A stretch of DNA of 64,000 nucleotides from a bacterium (GCA_021815785.1 JAKAZS010000001.1:5599-69598); one strand, 5' to 3'. Positions 38,174-47,442 are shown, counted from the stretch's first letter. Program-made: numbers and translations. The notes: a model not told the origin generated them from the letters alone.

Positions 38174-38578
38174 TTAATCTTTAGTAATAACGTAAGGACA
38201 TTTTGAACAATAGAATTTTTGCAACTGGACAACATCATTATTAAAGTCAAACCCTTCATAGGTTTTTAACTGTAAGTCAATTTTGCAATTTGGACATATC
38301 TTGTAATCAACAAATTTAATATCAACATAGTCTTTAAATTCAACCTCTAATAAAAGATTGGGTTCGACTTTTAAAGCATTGGCTAATTTTTGCCTTAATA
38401 CCGATGAAAGCCAAGTATCAAGACCAGATTCAATATCTTCAATTTGCTTAATCGGAATTTTGGTCAACTTGGCAAGATCAAGCACCGTGAAATTATTTAG
38501 ACTTCTTAAGCCCTGTATTCTTTGTGCTAGAGTGGAAGTAACAAGTATGGACTCAGGTAAGGAATTTTTTGATTTCAT
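38174..38578 (-). CDS. XRE-family helix-turn-helix regulator with C-terminal CxxC...CxxC zinc ribbon
   Basis: 134 aa. HTH LAQRIQGLRSLNNFTVLDLAKLTKIPIKQIEDIESG. C-terminal CPNC...CSKC. Confidence 0.7.
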   Translation of the reverse strand: MKSKNSLPESILVTSTLAQRIQGLRSLNNFTVLDLAKLTKIPIKQIEDIESGLDTWLSSVLRQKLANALKVEPNLLLEVEFKDYVDIKFVDYKICPNCKIDLQLKTYEGFDFNNDVVQLQKFYCSKCPYVITKD

Positions 38579-38664
38579 CGTGTAATAGGATTTTAAACTA
38601 ACTTTAGTATTATAATTTATATATAATTATCAAAGTCACGTTATTAATAATTTATAATCATTTT

Positions 38665-39540
38665 ATGGAAAAAAACTTTTTAGAACGTCGCGAAAATACA
38701 AATTATGAAAGCACGTCTAAACTTGCTCAAATTATTTCCTTTAAAGCTTTTTTAAAAAAATGGCGAGAATATAATTTTAAATTTGCAAGCAGTAATGAAA
38801 ATTATACCTTAATTTTATTAACTCCCTTAGAATTTTATAGCCTAAGTCAAAATCTCAATAATTTTTCCATGAATCATATTGAAGGCAATTTTCAAAACCG
38901 CCTGTTACAATCACTAAGAAACATTGACTACATCACAATTTATCAACAATATATTTATTTAATTCTACTTAAAACCAACAGCCAAAATGCTGGCAAGATA
39001 ATGGAAAGAGTAGCTAAAAATTTAAGCCTACAAGAAATCACTTATGAAAATATCAAACTTAACCCAAGTATAAAATTCAATCTTGCTAATGCTAGTCAAA
39101 TTAATAATTTAAGCTTTAAAACTGTTTTATTACTGCTTGGATTTGAGCAAAACAGCCAACACCATAATCTCGAGCGACTATGGTATCAAAATATAAAAAA
39201 AACGCAGCTAATTTCTCCAAGTTTTAATTCCTGGCTCAGTCGTTATGCCAATAATTCCTTAATCTATAAAAACAAATCAGAATTTGCCAACATTTCTCAA
39301 GCAATTGATACCTGGAAAAATAATTCTCTAGTTAATTTAATCGAAATAAGCCAGGATAAATACCAAAATTTTGTTAATCAAATCGCCATAATAAATAATG
39401 AAAATTATGCTGGCTTAAACCAGCATAAATGCCAAGAATTATTAGCTAATCTGGGATTAAATATTGATATAACTGATTATTACTATGACGCAGACACTAG
39501 TTCGTCAATTTATCTAGTGACCAAAGTAATCGGAAATTAA
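38665..39540 (+). CDS. Hypothetical protein (weak resemblance to a degenerate GGDEF/nucleotide-cyclase fold)
   Basis: 291 aa. The spacing of YTLILLTPLEFYSL ... IDYITIYQQYIYLILLKTNSQNAGKIMERVAKNL mimics the GGDEF-domain beta-strand/helix pattern, with QQYIY in place of GGDEF. Eye-level similarity only. Confidence 0.35.
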   Translation: MEKNFLERRENTNYESTSKLAQIISFKAFLKKWREYNFKFASSNENYTLILLTPLEFYSLSQNLNNFSMNHIEGNFQNRLLQSLRNIDYITIYQQYIYLILLKTNSQNAGKIMERVAKNLSLQEITYENIKLNPSIKFNLANASQINNLSFKTVLLLLGFEQNSQHHNLERLWYQNIKKTQLISPSFNSWLSRYANNSLIYKNKSEFANISQAIDTWKNNSLVNLIEISQDKYQNFVNQIAIINNENYAGLNQHKCQELLANLGLNIDITDYYYDADTSSSIYLVTKVIGN

Positions 39541-39568
39541 ATTTTACAAAAATACGCTAAACATAAAA

Positions 39569-41614
39569 TTATGTATTATTCAAGTAGTTGTTAGCTTCAC
39601 TCAAATTCTTACGAAAATTCTCTCTTGAATGTTGCATAGTTATTTTACTAATACTACTTTGGCGAATTTCATTTAAATCATATACATTATTTAAAATTTT
39701 ACCTAAGACATTAACGTAAGCACTAACATCATTATTATCAGTAATTAAAAAACCATTTGCTTCATGCTTAATTAATTCACCAATACCACCAACAGCTGGC
39801 GCAATGACAATAAGGCCACTAGCCATAGCTTCCAACAAAACATTGGGCAAACCATCCCAATTGGATGTATAAAGAAAAATATCATAGCCTTGGTCAGCAA
39901 TTCTACTAAAATCGTCATAACTGCCCATATATTTAATATTAGCCAAATTCTTCATTAATTCAATATATTCTTTGCAATTATCCTCATAACTTCCATAAAC
40001 ATCAAAAGAACATGGCAGATTTGAACATTGCCTTACTATTTCCAACACCATATCAATTTTTTTTTCCTGGGCAATTCTTGAAGCCCAAACGACTTTAAAA
40101 TTTTGCTTAAATTTAAAATCATTTAGACTGATTCTAGGAATTGTAATAGGTTGATAATGTGTAGCAAATTTAGCTCTATCTAAACCCAAGGTATTGACAC
40201 AGTATTCAATAATAGCCATATTATCAGTAAAAACACAGGTAAGATCTTTAAAAACATTACGTAAATGATAGACTACATAACCACCACGCCTACCACTTAA
40301 AGCCAGCCCATAGGCAAATATACTAACAAATAATTGGGAAAATTGTTTTAAAATATAACCGTAATCCATAAATAATTCATAAGCCATTAAACAGTTAATA
40401 TTATGAATAACTTTAGGTGTTTTATTTAGAAGTAATTTTAATATCAAATGCTTAAGGCGTTCATAATCCAGATCAGGAAACAGTTTAACCAATTCGATAA
40501 CATTAACCCCAGAATTCAATTTATATAACCAGGCCGAGTCAGGATTTTGTGTTGTTATAACGGTAACGACTTTACCCAATTCATTTAAATTATTAATATA
40601 ATTTAGTGCCACCAAATCACTGCCTCCAATATTTAAAGCCGGCAACATAAATAAATGGGTGGTGGTATCATCATATTGGTTTTCGAGTTCTTGATATATA
40701 TTCTGAAGATATATTTCCGGAATTAGACATTTTTCATATTGTTTAAAAATCCAGGCAGCTGGATAGGTTATTGGTTCAATTTCATGGATTTGCTGCCAGA
40801 TCGAAATTAATTGCTGATATTGATTATCCACTAATAGCTTAGGTTTCACAACTTCAAACACGGTCACTTTGGGTGGTTGACTAAAACGTCTTCGTATTTT
40901 GCTATTAAAATTTTCTAACTTTGTTTTAAATGAGTCAGATTTAAGGATTAATCGATTGTCAATACTCGTAAATTCAAGCTTATTTATTTCATCAATCGAT
41001 CGTGGGCCTAAACTCTTATAAATCAGCATCTCTAGTTTACGGTTATTTGCCTGAATCCGGCTAAAATATACCGTATTTTTACTGGTATTTACAGTAAACT
41101 CAATAAACTCGCCTTTATACTTTTGATTTAAAAGACATCGCGACCCAAAGACAAAAGCACCTAATAAAAGTAAATTATCTTTTATACAATCTTGAGTTTC
41201 AATTAAATGAGCTGATTCAGTAAAAAAAATAATATATTCAGGCAATATAAAGTTGTTATTAACTGATATTTCATAATTATTAATCAAATAGTTTGCTGAT
41301 ATTAAATCACCACCTTCAAGAAAGGCAACCTGCTCACCACAGGCCATTTTTAACCCAAATTTACGTATATCAAAAGGATTATCATTGTCTACTTCAACAA
41401 CTTTATGATAATTGTTCGCAATTACATAATTGTTAACAATTGAACGAGAAATATCATCGCATAAACTTAACAGGAAAATTACTTCAACCTGAAGGTTATT
41501 AGCTACAGCCATATTTACAGCTAATTGCATACTGGCTAGACTTGGCTGTAAATAGTAGCCAGGCTGGCTTACGGTAACAATCAACGAAATATCTACTTTT
41601 AATTTCTGTTGCAT
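39569..41614 (-). CDS. Bifunctional glycosyltransferase (N-terminal GT2-like + C-terminal GT4/GT1-like)
   Basis: N-terminus ISLIVTVSQ...VAFLEGGDLI is GT2-like with a degenerate DxD. C-terminus LLEAMASGLIVIAPAVGGIGELIKHEANGFLI carries the GT4 E-x7-E motif. ATG 41614; the track uses GTG 41617. Confidence 0.75.
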   Translation of the reverse strand: MQQKLKVDISLIVTVSQPGYYLQPSLASMQLAVNMAVANNLQVEVIFLLSLCDDISRSIVNNYVIANNYHKVVEVDNDNPFDIRKFGLKMACGEQVAFLEGGDLISANYLINNYEISVNNNFILPEYIIFFTESAHLIETQDCIKDNLLLLGAFVFGSRCLLNQKYKGEFIEFTVNTSKNTVYFSRIQANNRKLEMLIYKSLGPRSIDEINKLEFTSIDNRLILKSDSFKTKLENFNSKIRRRFSQPPKVTVFEVVKPKLLVDNQYQQLISIWQQIHEIEPITYPAAWIFKQYEKCLIPEIYLQNIYQELENQYDDTTTHLFMLPALNIGGSDLVALNYINNLNELGKVVTVITTQNPDSAWLYKLNSGVNVIELVKLFPDLDYERLKHLILKLLLNKTPKVIHNINCLMAYELFMDYGYILKQFSQLFVSIFAYGLALSGRRGGYVVYHLRNVFKDLTCVFTDNMAIIEYCVNTLGLDRAKFATHYQPITIPRISLNDFKFKQNFKVVWASRIAQEKKIDMVLEIVRQCSNLPCSFDVYGSYEDNCKEYIELMKNLANIKYMGSYDDFSRIADQGYDIFLYTSNWDGLPNVLLEAMASGLIVIAPAVGGIGELIKHEANGFLITDNNDVSAYVNVLGKILNNVYDLNEIRQSSISKITMQHSRENFRKNLSEANNYLNNT

Positions 41615-41818
41615 CACAAATAGGTCAAGAAAAATTCATTATTCATCAGTATACTAGGATAAGGTAAGCTAATTTATATATATACATAAATTGATTTAAT
41701 ACACATTGATTAAGTAAATTTTATTACATTAACTAGACTAAATCATAATATTAATGTAAGAATCATGTAATTGTAACAGTTTAACCTAATAATTTAAAAT
41801 ACAATCAAGAGGTCTACT

Positions 41819-43252
41819 ATGCCAGTTAATACCAACAAATCCCAAGATAACACCTTAATAGCAAAAGATGTTGAACTTAATCTTGATACAATAAGCGAAG
41901 AAGATTTACTTAAGATTGAGAATGAGGTCTGTTCTTACGGAGATACAGTTCATTATGCCGACAAGCCAAAATTTTTCGAAACCTGTAATGGTAGTTACCT
42001 CTATGATACTAACAATACACCATATTTAGATTTACAAATGTGGTATTCTGCAGTCAATCTTGGTTATAACAACCAAACCATAAATAATGCATTAAAAAAA
42101 CAAATTGATAAATTACCTCAATTAGCCTGTCAGTATTTACATAAAGAAAAAGTCTCACTAGCCTATATGTTAGCTCGTGGAGTCGAACGTAATTTAGGTG
42201 CCAAAGGTCGAATTCATTTTAACGTAGGTGGAGCTCAAGCCGTAGAAGACGCCTTAAAACTAGTCCGCAAGACCACTGGCAAAAGTAAAATGCTGGCTTT
42301 TGAAGGTGGCTATCACGGTCGAACTTTAGGCGCTTCTGCCATAACCAGCTCTTATCGTTATCGTGAACATTATGGTGAATTTGGCGACAGAGCTGAATTT
42401 GTGCCTTTCCCTTACTGCTTCCGTTGCCCCTACGGCAAAAAAGTAGAAAGCTGTGAATTATTTTGTGTTAAACAAATCGAACGTAAATTTGAACACGAAT
42501 ATACTGGTACCTGGAATCCTAAAACCAAAAAAGCTGAATTTGGTGCCTTCTTTATTGAAGTTATCCAAGGAACTGGTGGTTATGTCATTCCGCCCAAAGG
42601 TTATTATGAATACTTAGCTAAAATATGCCGCGATCATGGCATATTACTTGTCGACGACGAGATTCAAATGGGCTTTTTTAGAACAGGAAAACTATTTGCT
42701 ATTGAAAATGAAAATATTGTTCCTGATGTTATCGTTTTTGGTAAAGCCTTAACTAATGGCTTAAATCCTTTATCCGGAATTTGGGCTAAAGAAGAATATA
42801 TTAGTCCTGATAAATTTGGGCCAGGTTCAACCCATTCTACTTTTTCTTCGAATAGCCTAGGAACAGCAACCGGTCTAGCTGTTATGCAAGAATTTGCCCG
42901 CAATGACTATACCAAAACAGTTAATGAAAAAGGTAAATATTTCTTAAACCAGTTAAAAGACTTAAAATCACGTCATAAAGAAATTGGTGATGTTGATGGA
43001 CTAGGTTTAGCCTTACGAATGGAAATGTGTCAAATGGATGGTTTTACACCCAGCCGTACCCTAGCTGATAAAATGTTCCAAATGGGTTTAGAAGGAAATT
43101 TAAAAATCCAGGGTAAAACTTTAGGCTTAATTTTGGATATTGGTGGCTATTATAAAAATGTTGTAACTCTAGCACCATCGCTTAACATAACCAATGAAGA
43201 AATTGATTTAGCAATTGATCTTTTAGATCTAATCATCAGTAAATGTAAATAA
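41819..43252 (+). CDS. Class-III PLP aminotransferase (unassigned substrate)
   Basis: 477 aa. Motifs NVGGAQAVEDALKLVRK, LLVDDEIQMGFFRTGKLFA and VFGKALTNG (PLP Lys). Cys-rich insert PYCFRCPYGKKVESCELFC. Confidence 0.85.
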   Translation: MPVNTNKSQDNTLIAKDVELNLDTISEEDLLKIENEVCSYGDTVHYADKPKFFETCNGSYLYDTNNTPYLDLQMWYSAVNLGYNNQTINNALKKQIDKLPQLACQYLHKEKVSLAYMLARGVERNLGAKGRIHFNVGGAQAVEDALKLVRKTTGKSKMLAFEGGYHGRTLGASAITSSYRYREHYGEFGDRAEFVPFPYCFRCPYGKKVESCELFCVKQIERKFEHEYTGTWNPKTKKAEFGAFFIEVIQGTGGYVIPPKGYYEYLAKICRDHGILLVDDEIQMGFFRTGKLFAIENENIVPDVIVFGKALTNGLNPLSGIWAKEEYISPDKFGPGSTHSTFSSNSLGTATGLAVMQEFARNDYTKTVNEKGKYFLNQLKDLKSRHKEIGDVDGLGLALRMEMCQMDGFTPSRTLADKMFQMGLEGNLKIQGKTLGLILDIGGYYKNVVTLAPSLNITNEEIDLAIDLLDLIISKCK

Positions 43253-43265
43253 GGAAACAATTTAA

Positions 43266-43988
43266 ATGTCAATTAATATAGAAATTTTTTGTGATTTTGA
43301 TGGGACTATATCCAAACAAGATACTATTGACTTACTTTTAGAACGTATTGGCAATCCAGCCTGGCTTGAATTTGAAGATCAATGGCTCAAAGGTCTGATT
43401 GGCAGTAAGGAATGCATGGCTAAACAAATCCCACTTATTGAAGGTGGTTTTAAAAATGTGTTAAAAGTATTAGAAGAAGTTCAACTAGATGAAACCTTTA
43501 AAAGTTTTGTCGATTGGTGCGACAAACACAAAATCAAACTTACGGTAGTTAGTGACGGTTTAGACCGAATTATCAACTATTTATTTTTTCGTGAAAGAAT
43601 TAGTATTAAAAACATCATTTCCAATAAATTAATTGAATTACCCAATAATAAACTGGAAATGGCCTTCCCTTATAGTCAAGTTGGCTGTAATTCTGGTGTG
43701 TGTAAATGTGCCATTATAAATAATACCAACAAAGTTAAAATTGCTATTGGTGACGGTCGTAGTGATTTTTGCTTTAGTGGTCAAGCTAATCTTGTTTTTG
43801 CTAAAGCAAAACTGCTAAATTATTGTCAGGAAAATAATATCAAACATTATCCATTTTCTAACTTTAATGATATCAAACTTACTCTCGAGAATCTCTATAT
43901 AAATCTACCGGTTGGATTAAGCCCGGATATAGAACCGCCCTTTCGGTCTGCTGATCTCAATCTAAATTCAAGCAAATTTGTCCTTTAA
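43266..43988 (+). CDS. HAD-IB phosphatase, MtnX / phosphoserine-phosphatase-like
   Basis: 240 aa. Motif I FCDFDGTISKQDT. Motif IV IGDGRSDF. Cys cluster CNSGVCKC as in MtnX-type enzymes. Confidence 0.6.
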   Translation: MSINIEIFCDFDGTISKQDTIDLLLERIGNPAWLEFEDQWLKGLIGSKECMAKQIPLIEGGFKNVLKVLEEVQLDETFKSFVDWCDKHKIKLTVVSDGLDRIINYLFFRERISIKNIISNKLIELPNNKLEMAFPYSQVGCNSGVCKCAIINNTNKVKIAIGDGRSDFCFSGQANLVFAKAKLLNYCQENNIKHYPFSNFNDIKLTLENLYINLPVGLSPDIEPPFRSADLNLNSSKFVL

Positions 43989-44023
43989 TCACTTATTGAT
44001 AAAAAAATCAGCAATTTTTTTTG

Positions 44024-44062
44024 CCTAAACCAAATTCAAATATAGTTTGAATTTGGTTTAGG
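44024..44062. terminator. 17-bp perfect hairpin between convergent genes (putative bidirectional terminator)
   Basis: CCTAAACCAAATTCAAA (44024-44040), loop TATAG, TTTGAATTTGGTTTAGG (44046-62). A T8 run sits on the 5' side on the plus strand, so there is no canonical 3' U-tract on either strand. Confidence 0.45.
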
Positions 44063-44078
44063 GCAGACTTATTAAAAT

Positions 44079-45260
44079 TTACTTGATCCAGCCTAATTCC
44101 TTTAAAGCCTCATCAAAACTAATATTTTTCTGACGACACATATTCATAACTATTACAGCATGTTCAATATTAATAAAACCTTGATTTATTAAGTACTGAC
44201 AGCGTAGACAGGAATTTAACAACCCTGTGTCAATGGTGCCAGCATTAAGTAAAATCTGACCTAACAGTTTTGAATTTTGAATAGCCTTTTTAACTGCTTT
44301 AAGCAAATCATCATCGCTGGCAATTCCACAGACTTTTAAAACATCAGTTAATTTTATATTTTTACTGTCATCAGATTCATTAAAACCAATTTCAGCTGTA
44401 GCTTGTTCAACACTAATACCACGTGTAGCAATTTGATTTAGACAAATCGAAGCAAAATGTGGTGACAAAGTTTTATTGCCAACCATTTTTTGGATGTCTA
44501 AAGCCGCATTAAGTACCTGAGTATTAATGTAACCAGATTGAACCAAAACTTCACCAAGAGCTAATTCTTTAGCTAAAGAAGTTTCCAGACAAGTCATAAT
44601 ATCGGTCTCGGTAACTAGACTAGCTTTTACTAATAATTCACCAAGTTTAATCCAAGGTTTACCCGGTGGCTGATATAATCCCTGCTCAATAAGTGATTTT
44701 TCAAAATCGCCCCGCCTGCGTTTAGCAGCTTTTAAGCCTTGAATAGCCTGCTCTCTGGTTAATTTTTCATCACGAATCAAAACTTGCGTAGTTAAAGCTG
44801 CTGTTAACAGCTCTTCACTTAACTTCTGAGTTAATACCATAACTCGACCCAAGGGTAACCCCGTTTCTTTGGATGTTGCTAATGCTTCATTTAACTTATC
44901 AGATGTAGTAATTTGCGCTTCAACCAAAATTTCACCAAGACGAGCTGTAGCTCTAGTTTTCAAAGCTTCAAAACCGGCTTTTTTTAAAGCCTCATCAATT
45001 TCGACATTTTCAAAGTGAACAATTTTTAAAGTTTTAATCGCCATATCAGAATCAACTAATTTATCCTTAATCAAAGACTGTAACTTAACCGCACCAGTTA
45101 AAACAGTTTCCGATAAAATACCACGCATGACGAGTTCACGACCAACTGGTAATTTAGTATTTTTCGATGATTCAATAGCTTGATTGAGATCTTCAATATT
45201 GAGAATCTCAGCGTAAATTAATAATTCGCCCAATTTTATTGACGGTAATGAGTTTGTCAT
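44079..45260 (-). CDS. Protein composed of four tandem T2SSE_N / MshEN-like repeats (no ATPase domain)
   Basis: 393 aa. Four units of about 90 aa, each starting [KR]L[GT][ED].L and containing a second half-site such as LPVGRELVMRGILSETVLTGAVKLQ. The pattern matches the GspE/MshE N-terminal domain. Confidence 0.65.
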   Translation of the reverse strand: MTNSLPSIKLGELLIYAEILNIEDLNQAIESSKNTKLPVGRELVMRGILSETVLTGAVKLQSLIKDKLVDSDMAIKTLKIVHFENVEIDEALKKAGFEALKTRATARLGEILVEAQITTSDKLNEALATSKETGLPLGRVMVLTQKLSEELLTAALTTQVLIRDEKLTREQAIQGLKAAKRRRGDFEKSLIEQGLYQPPGKPWIKLGELLVKASLVTETDIMTCLETSLAKELALGEVLVQSGYINTQVLNAALDIQKMVGNKTLSPHFASICLNQIATRGISVEQATAEIGFNESDDSKNIKLTDVLKVCGIASDDDLLKAVKKAIQNSKLLGQILLNAGTIDTGLLNSCLRCQYLINQGFINIEHAVIVMNMCRQKNISFDEALKELGWIK

Positions 45261-45288
45261 AACTAACCTTTTAAACTCATCTAAAATT

Positions 45289-45361
45289 TACCCCCAAGGG
45301 GATTCGAACCCCTGCCGCCTCCGTGAAAGGGAGGTGTCCTAGGCCTCTAGACGATGGGGGC
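45289..45361 (-). tRNA. tRNA-Glu (anticodon UUC)
   Basis: Minus-strand GCCCCCATCGTCTAGAGGCCTAGGACACCTCCCTTTCACGGAGGCGGCAGGGGTTCGAATCCCCTTGGGGGTA folds as a cloverleaf: 7-bp acceptor stem (G1-U72 wobble), anticodon stem CCTCC/GGAGG with loop CTTTCAC, T-arm AGGGG-TTCGAAT-CCCCT. No encoded CCA. Confidence 0.93.
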
Positions 45362-45387
45362 AGAATTAACCTACAACAACCAAAATA

Positions 45388-45417
45388 AGCATAACAAAAA
45401 ACATTTAGTTATGTCAA
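45388..45417 (-). promoter_or_regulatory. Candidate sigma70-type promoter for tRNA-Glu
   Basis: Minus strand: TTGACA (rc 45412-45417), 18-nt spacer, TATGCT (rc 45388-45393), about 25 nt upstream of the tRNA 5' end. Confidence 0.3.
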
Positions 45418-45642
45418 TGATATAAAGATAAATAACTTAAAGATTTTAATTATCATTTTAAGTATCTTAATTAATCTTTACAAGATTACTGCCTCAGAAA
45501 ATTATGACCAATTTTTACTTTCTAATTAAAATACACTAGCCCTTGGACTTCCAATATATTGCTCTAGAGAAGATTAGGTGTCTATACGCAACGATAGCCT
45601 TGTGTGTTAATTAACGTGTAGTGTTATTATAGAATCGTTACA

Positions 45643-46434
45643 CTAGCCATTGTGATAATCCAATAAAAAGTCCTGGTTGCCCAAATGCTTAAACTTAAGT
45701 TTAAAAACAGCCTCTAAATTTGATTGCGTCAGAACATCCTTAGTCGATCCAAAAATATGATTATAACGGCTATCACAATTAAGTAAAATAACTTTATCCG
45801 TAACTTTACTTAGAAAATTTAAATCGTGACTGACAACCAATAAGCCAATATTTTGCTTAGCTATATGTTTTAGAATACGGGAAAGATTCAACTGATGATT
45901 TATATCCAGATTATTACTGGGCTCATCTAAAAGTAAAAACCGACTTCCTTGAGCAATAACACTACCTAGCCACGCTCTTTGTAATTCACCACCAGAAATC
46001 TTACTTAAGGGCATATCGGCTACTTTGAATAAGTCCAATAATTCTAAGGCTTGTTTGACAATACTTTGATCAAAATCAGATAATTGCCATTGAAAAATTT
46101 TCTGATAAGGATTTCGACCTAGTTTAACCAAGTCTTTAACAGTTAAATACTCTGATACCGCAAGGTTTTGTTCCAGAAAATTTACTAATTTAGCAAAATC
46201 TTTTAACTTATAATGATTAATGTCTTTATCATTAATTTTAATTAAACCACTAGATGGCTTTATTTTTCGCATTATCGTTTTTAAAAGGGTGGATTTGCCA
46301 ACACCATTGACACCTATTAAACCTAAAATTTCACCAGTAGTCAGGGAAAAGTTTAAATTACCTAGTAATATTTCCGACTTGAAGCCAATGTTTAGCTTTA
46401 TTACTTCTAAGTGCATAATTGATTCATTATTCAT
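45643..46434 (-). CDS. ABC transporter ATP-binding protein (FepC/FecE/BtuD-type iron-chelate/cobalamin importer)
   Basis: 263 aa. Walker A GVNGVGKSTLL. Signature LSGGELQRA. Walker B FLLLDEPSNNLD. Confidence 0.88.
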   Translation of the reverse strand: MNNESIMHLEVIKLNIGFKSEILLGNLNFSLTTGEILGLIGVNGVGKSTLLKTIMRKIKPSSGLIKINDKDINHYKLKDFAKLVNFLEQNLAVSEYLTVKDLVKLGRNPYQKIFQWQLSDFDQSIVKQALELLDLFKVADMPLSKISGGELQRAWLGSVIAQGSRFLLLDEPSNNLDINHQLNLSRILKHIAKQNIGLLVVSHDLNFLSKVTDKVILLNCDSRYNHIFGSTKDVLTQSNLEAVFKLKFKHLGNQDFLLDYHNG

Positions 46435-46443
46435 TTTTTTAGT

Positions 46444-47442
46444 TTAATTTTCAAAGTTATATTCATTCATCAAGTATAAGAAAAACGGGCTGCCAATTAA
46501 AGCCAAAACTGAACCTATAGGCAAATCCTGACCAGGTATAGTAATTCTGGTTAAAATATCAGCAACAACAACAATAATACTACCAATTATAGCTGTGCCC
46601 ATAATTTGATAACGTTCATCTTGGTAGAAAATTTTACGCCCAATATTAGGAGAAATAAGACCAACAAAGCCAATAATACCACAATATGCAGTGACACTAG
46701 AACACATTAATACAGCTAAAATTAGTAAGGAAAGCTGAAGTTTAGGAACATTTAAGCCAAAATTGCTGGCTGAACTTATACCTAGATTTAAAATTCTCAA
46801 AGCCTTAGCCAAGTACAAAGTTAGGCTAACACCCAATATTGCAATCAATACCGGAAAATTCAAATCAGCTAAAGTCTTATTGGCTAGGGTTCCAAATAAC
46901 CAATAGAGTAGGCTCATGACTTTTAAGTTATTTCCATTCAACAAGACAAGCAAAGTCATTACAGCTGAACAAAGACTTGAAATAGCAAATCCACTCAATA
47001 GAAGTCGTGTTGAATTAATCAATTGATTCTGATGAGCAAGTTTTAACACAATTACACAGGTAAGCAGTGATCCCAAAAAGGCAATCGCCGGTAACAACTG
47101 ACAACTTAATCCACAAAACAGTCCTAGGATAGAAAACAAACCAGCTCCACTGGCAATGCCAATTATAAAAGGGTCAGCTAAACAGTTATTGGTTAAAACT
47201 TGAAGAATATAACCTGATACCGATAAACTAATCCCGGTCACTAGGGCAAAAAGCGCCCTTGGCATCCTAATTTGCCATAAAATTGCCAAATTAAGACTTT
47301 GACTGTCACTAGTCAGTAAATTGTGAAAAACCTTAAATGGATTATTTATACAATCAGCAGTACTAAGGCTTAAAATTAAAGCTGTAAGTAATAATAAAAT
47401 GGAAATAATAAAACGAATTTGCAAAACATTACCATAAAACAA
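46444..47442 (-). CDS. FecCD/BtuC-family ABC importer permease
   Basis: 332 aa with about 9-10 TM helices. FecCD-like blocks RMPRALFALVTGISLSVSGYILQ and GIIGFVGLISPNIGR. TTG start. No substrate-binding protein gene is adjacent. Confidence 0.85.
   Translation of the reverse strand: MFYGNVLQIRFIISILLLLTALILSLSTADCINNPFKVFHNLLTSDSQSLNLAILWQIRMPRALFALVTGISLSVSGYILQVLTNNCLADPFIIGIASGAGLFSILGLFCGLSCQLLPAIAFLGSLLTCVIVLKLAHQNQLINSTRLLLSGFAISSLCSAVMTLLVLLNGNNLKVMSLLYWLFGTLANKTLADLNFPVLIAILGVSLTLYLAKALRILNLGISSASNFGLNVPKLQLSLLILAVLMCSSVTAYCGIIGFVGLISPNIGRKIFYQDERYQIMGTAIIGSIIVVVADILTRITIPGQDLPIGSVLALIGSPFFLYLMNEYNFEN

Noticed and set aside
45261-45642. tRNA-Glu as an integration hotspot or genomic-island boundary
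   Set aside because: There is no integrase, no phage or IS gene, and no duplicated tRNA 3' fragment on either side. Flanking genes look like ordinary chromosomal genes. Only the unexplained 10-bp repeat is reported separately, at low interest.
37901-46447. Minor overlapping ORFs 37901-38113, 38358-38585, 42664-42903 and 46220-46447
   Set aside because: Each lies antisense to a longer ORF with recognisable motifs (Clp_N protein, HTH regulator, aminotransferase, ABC ATPase).
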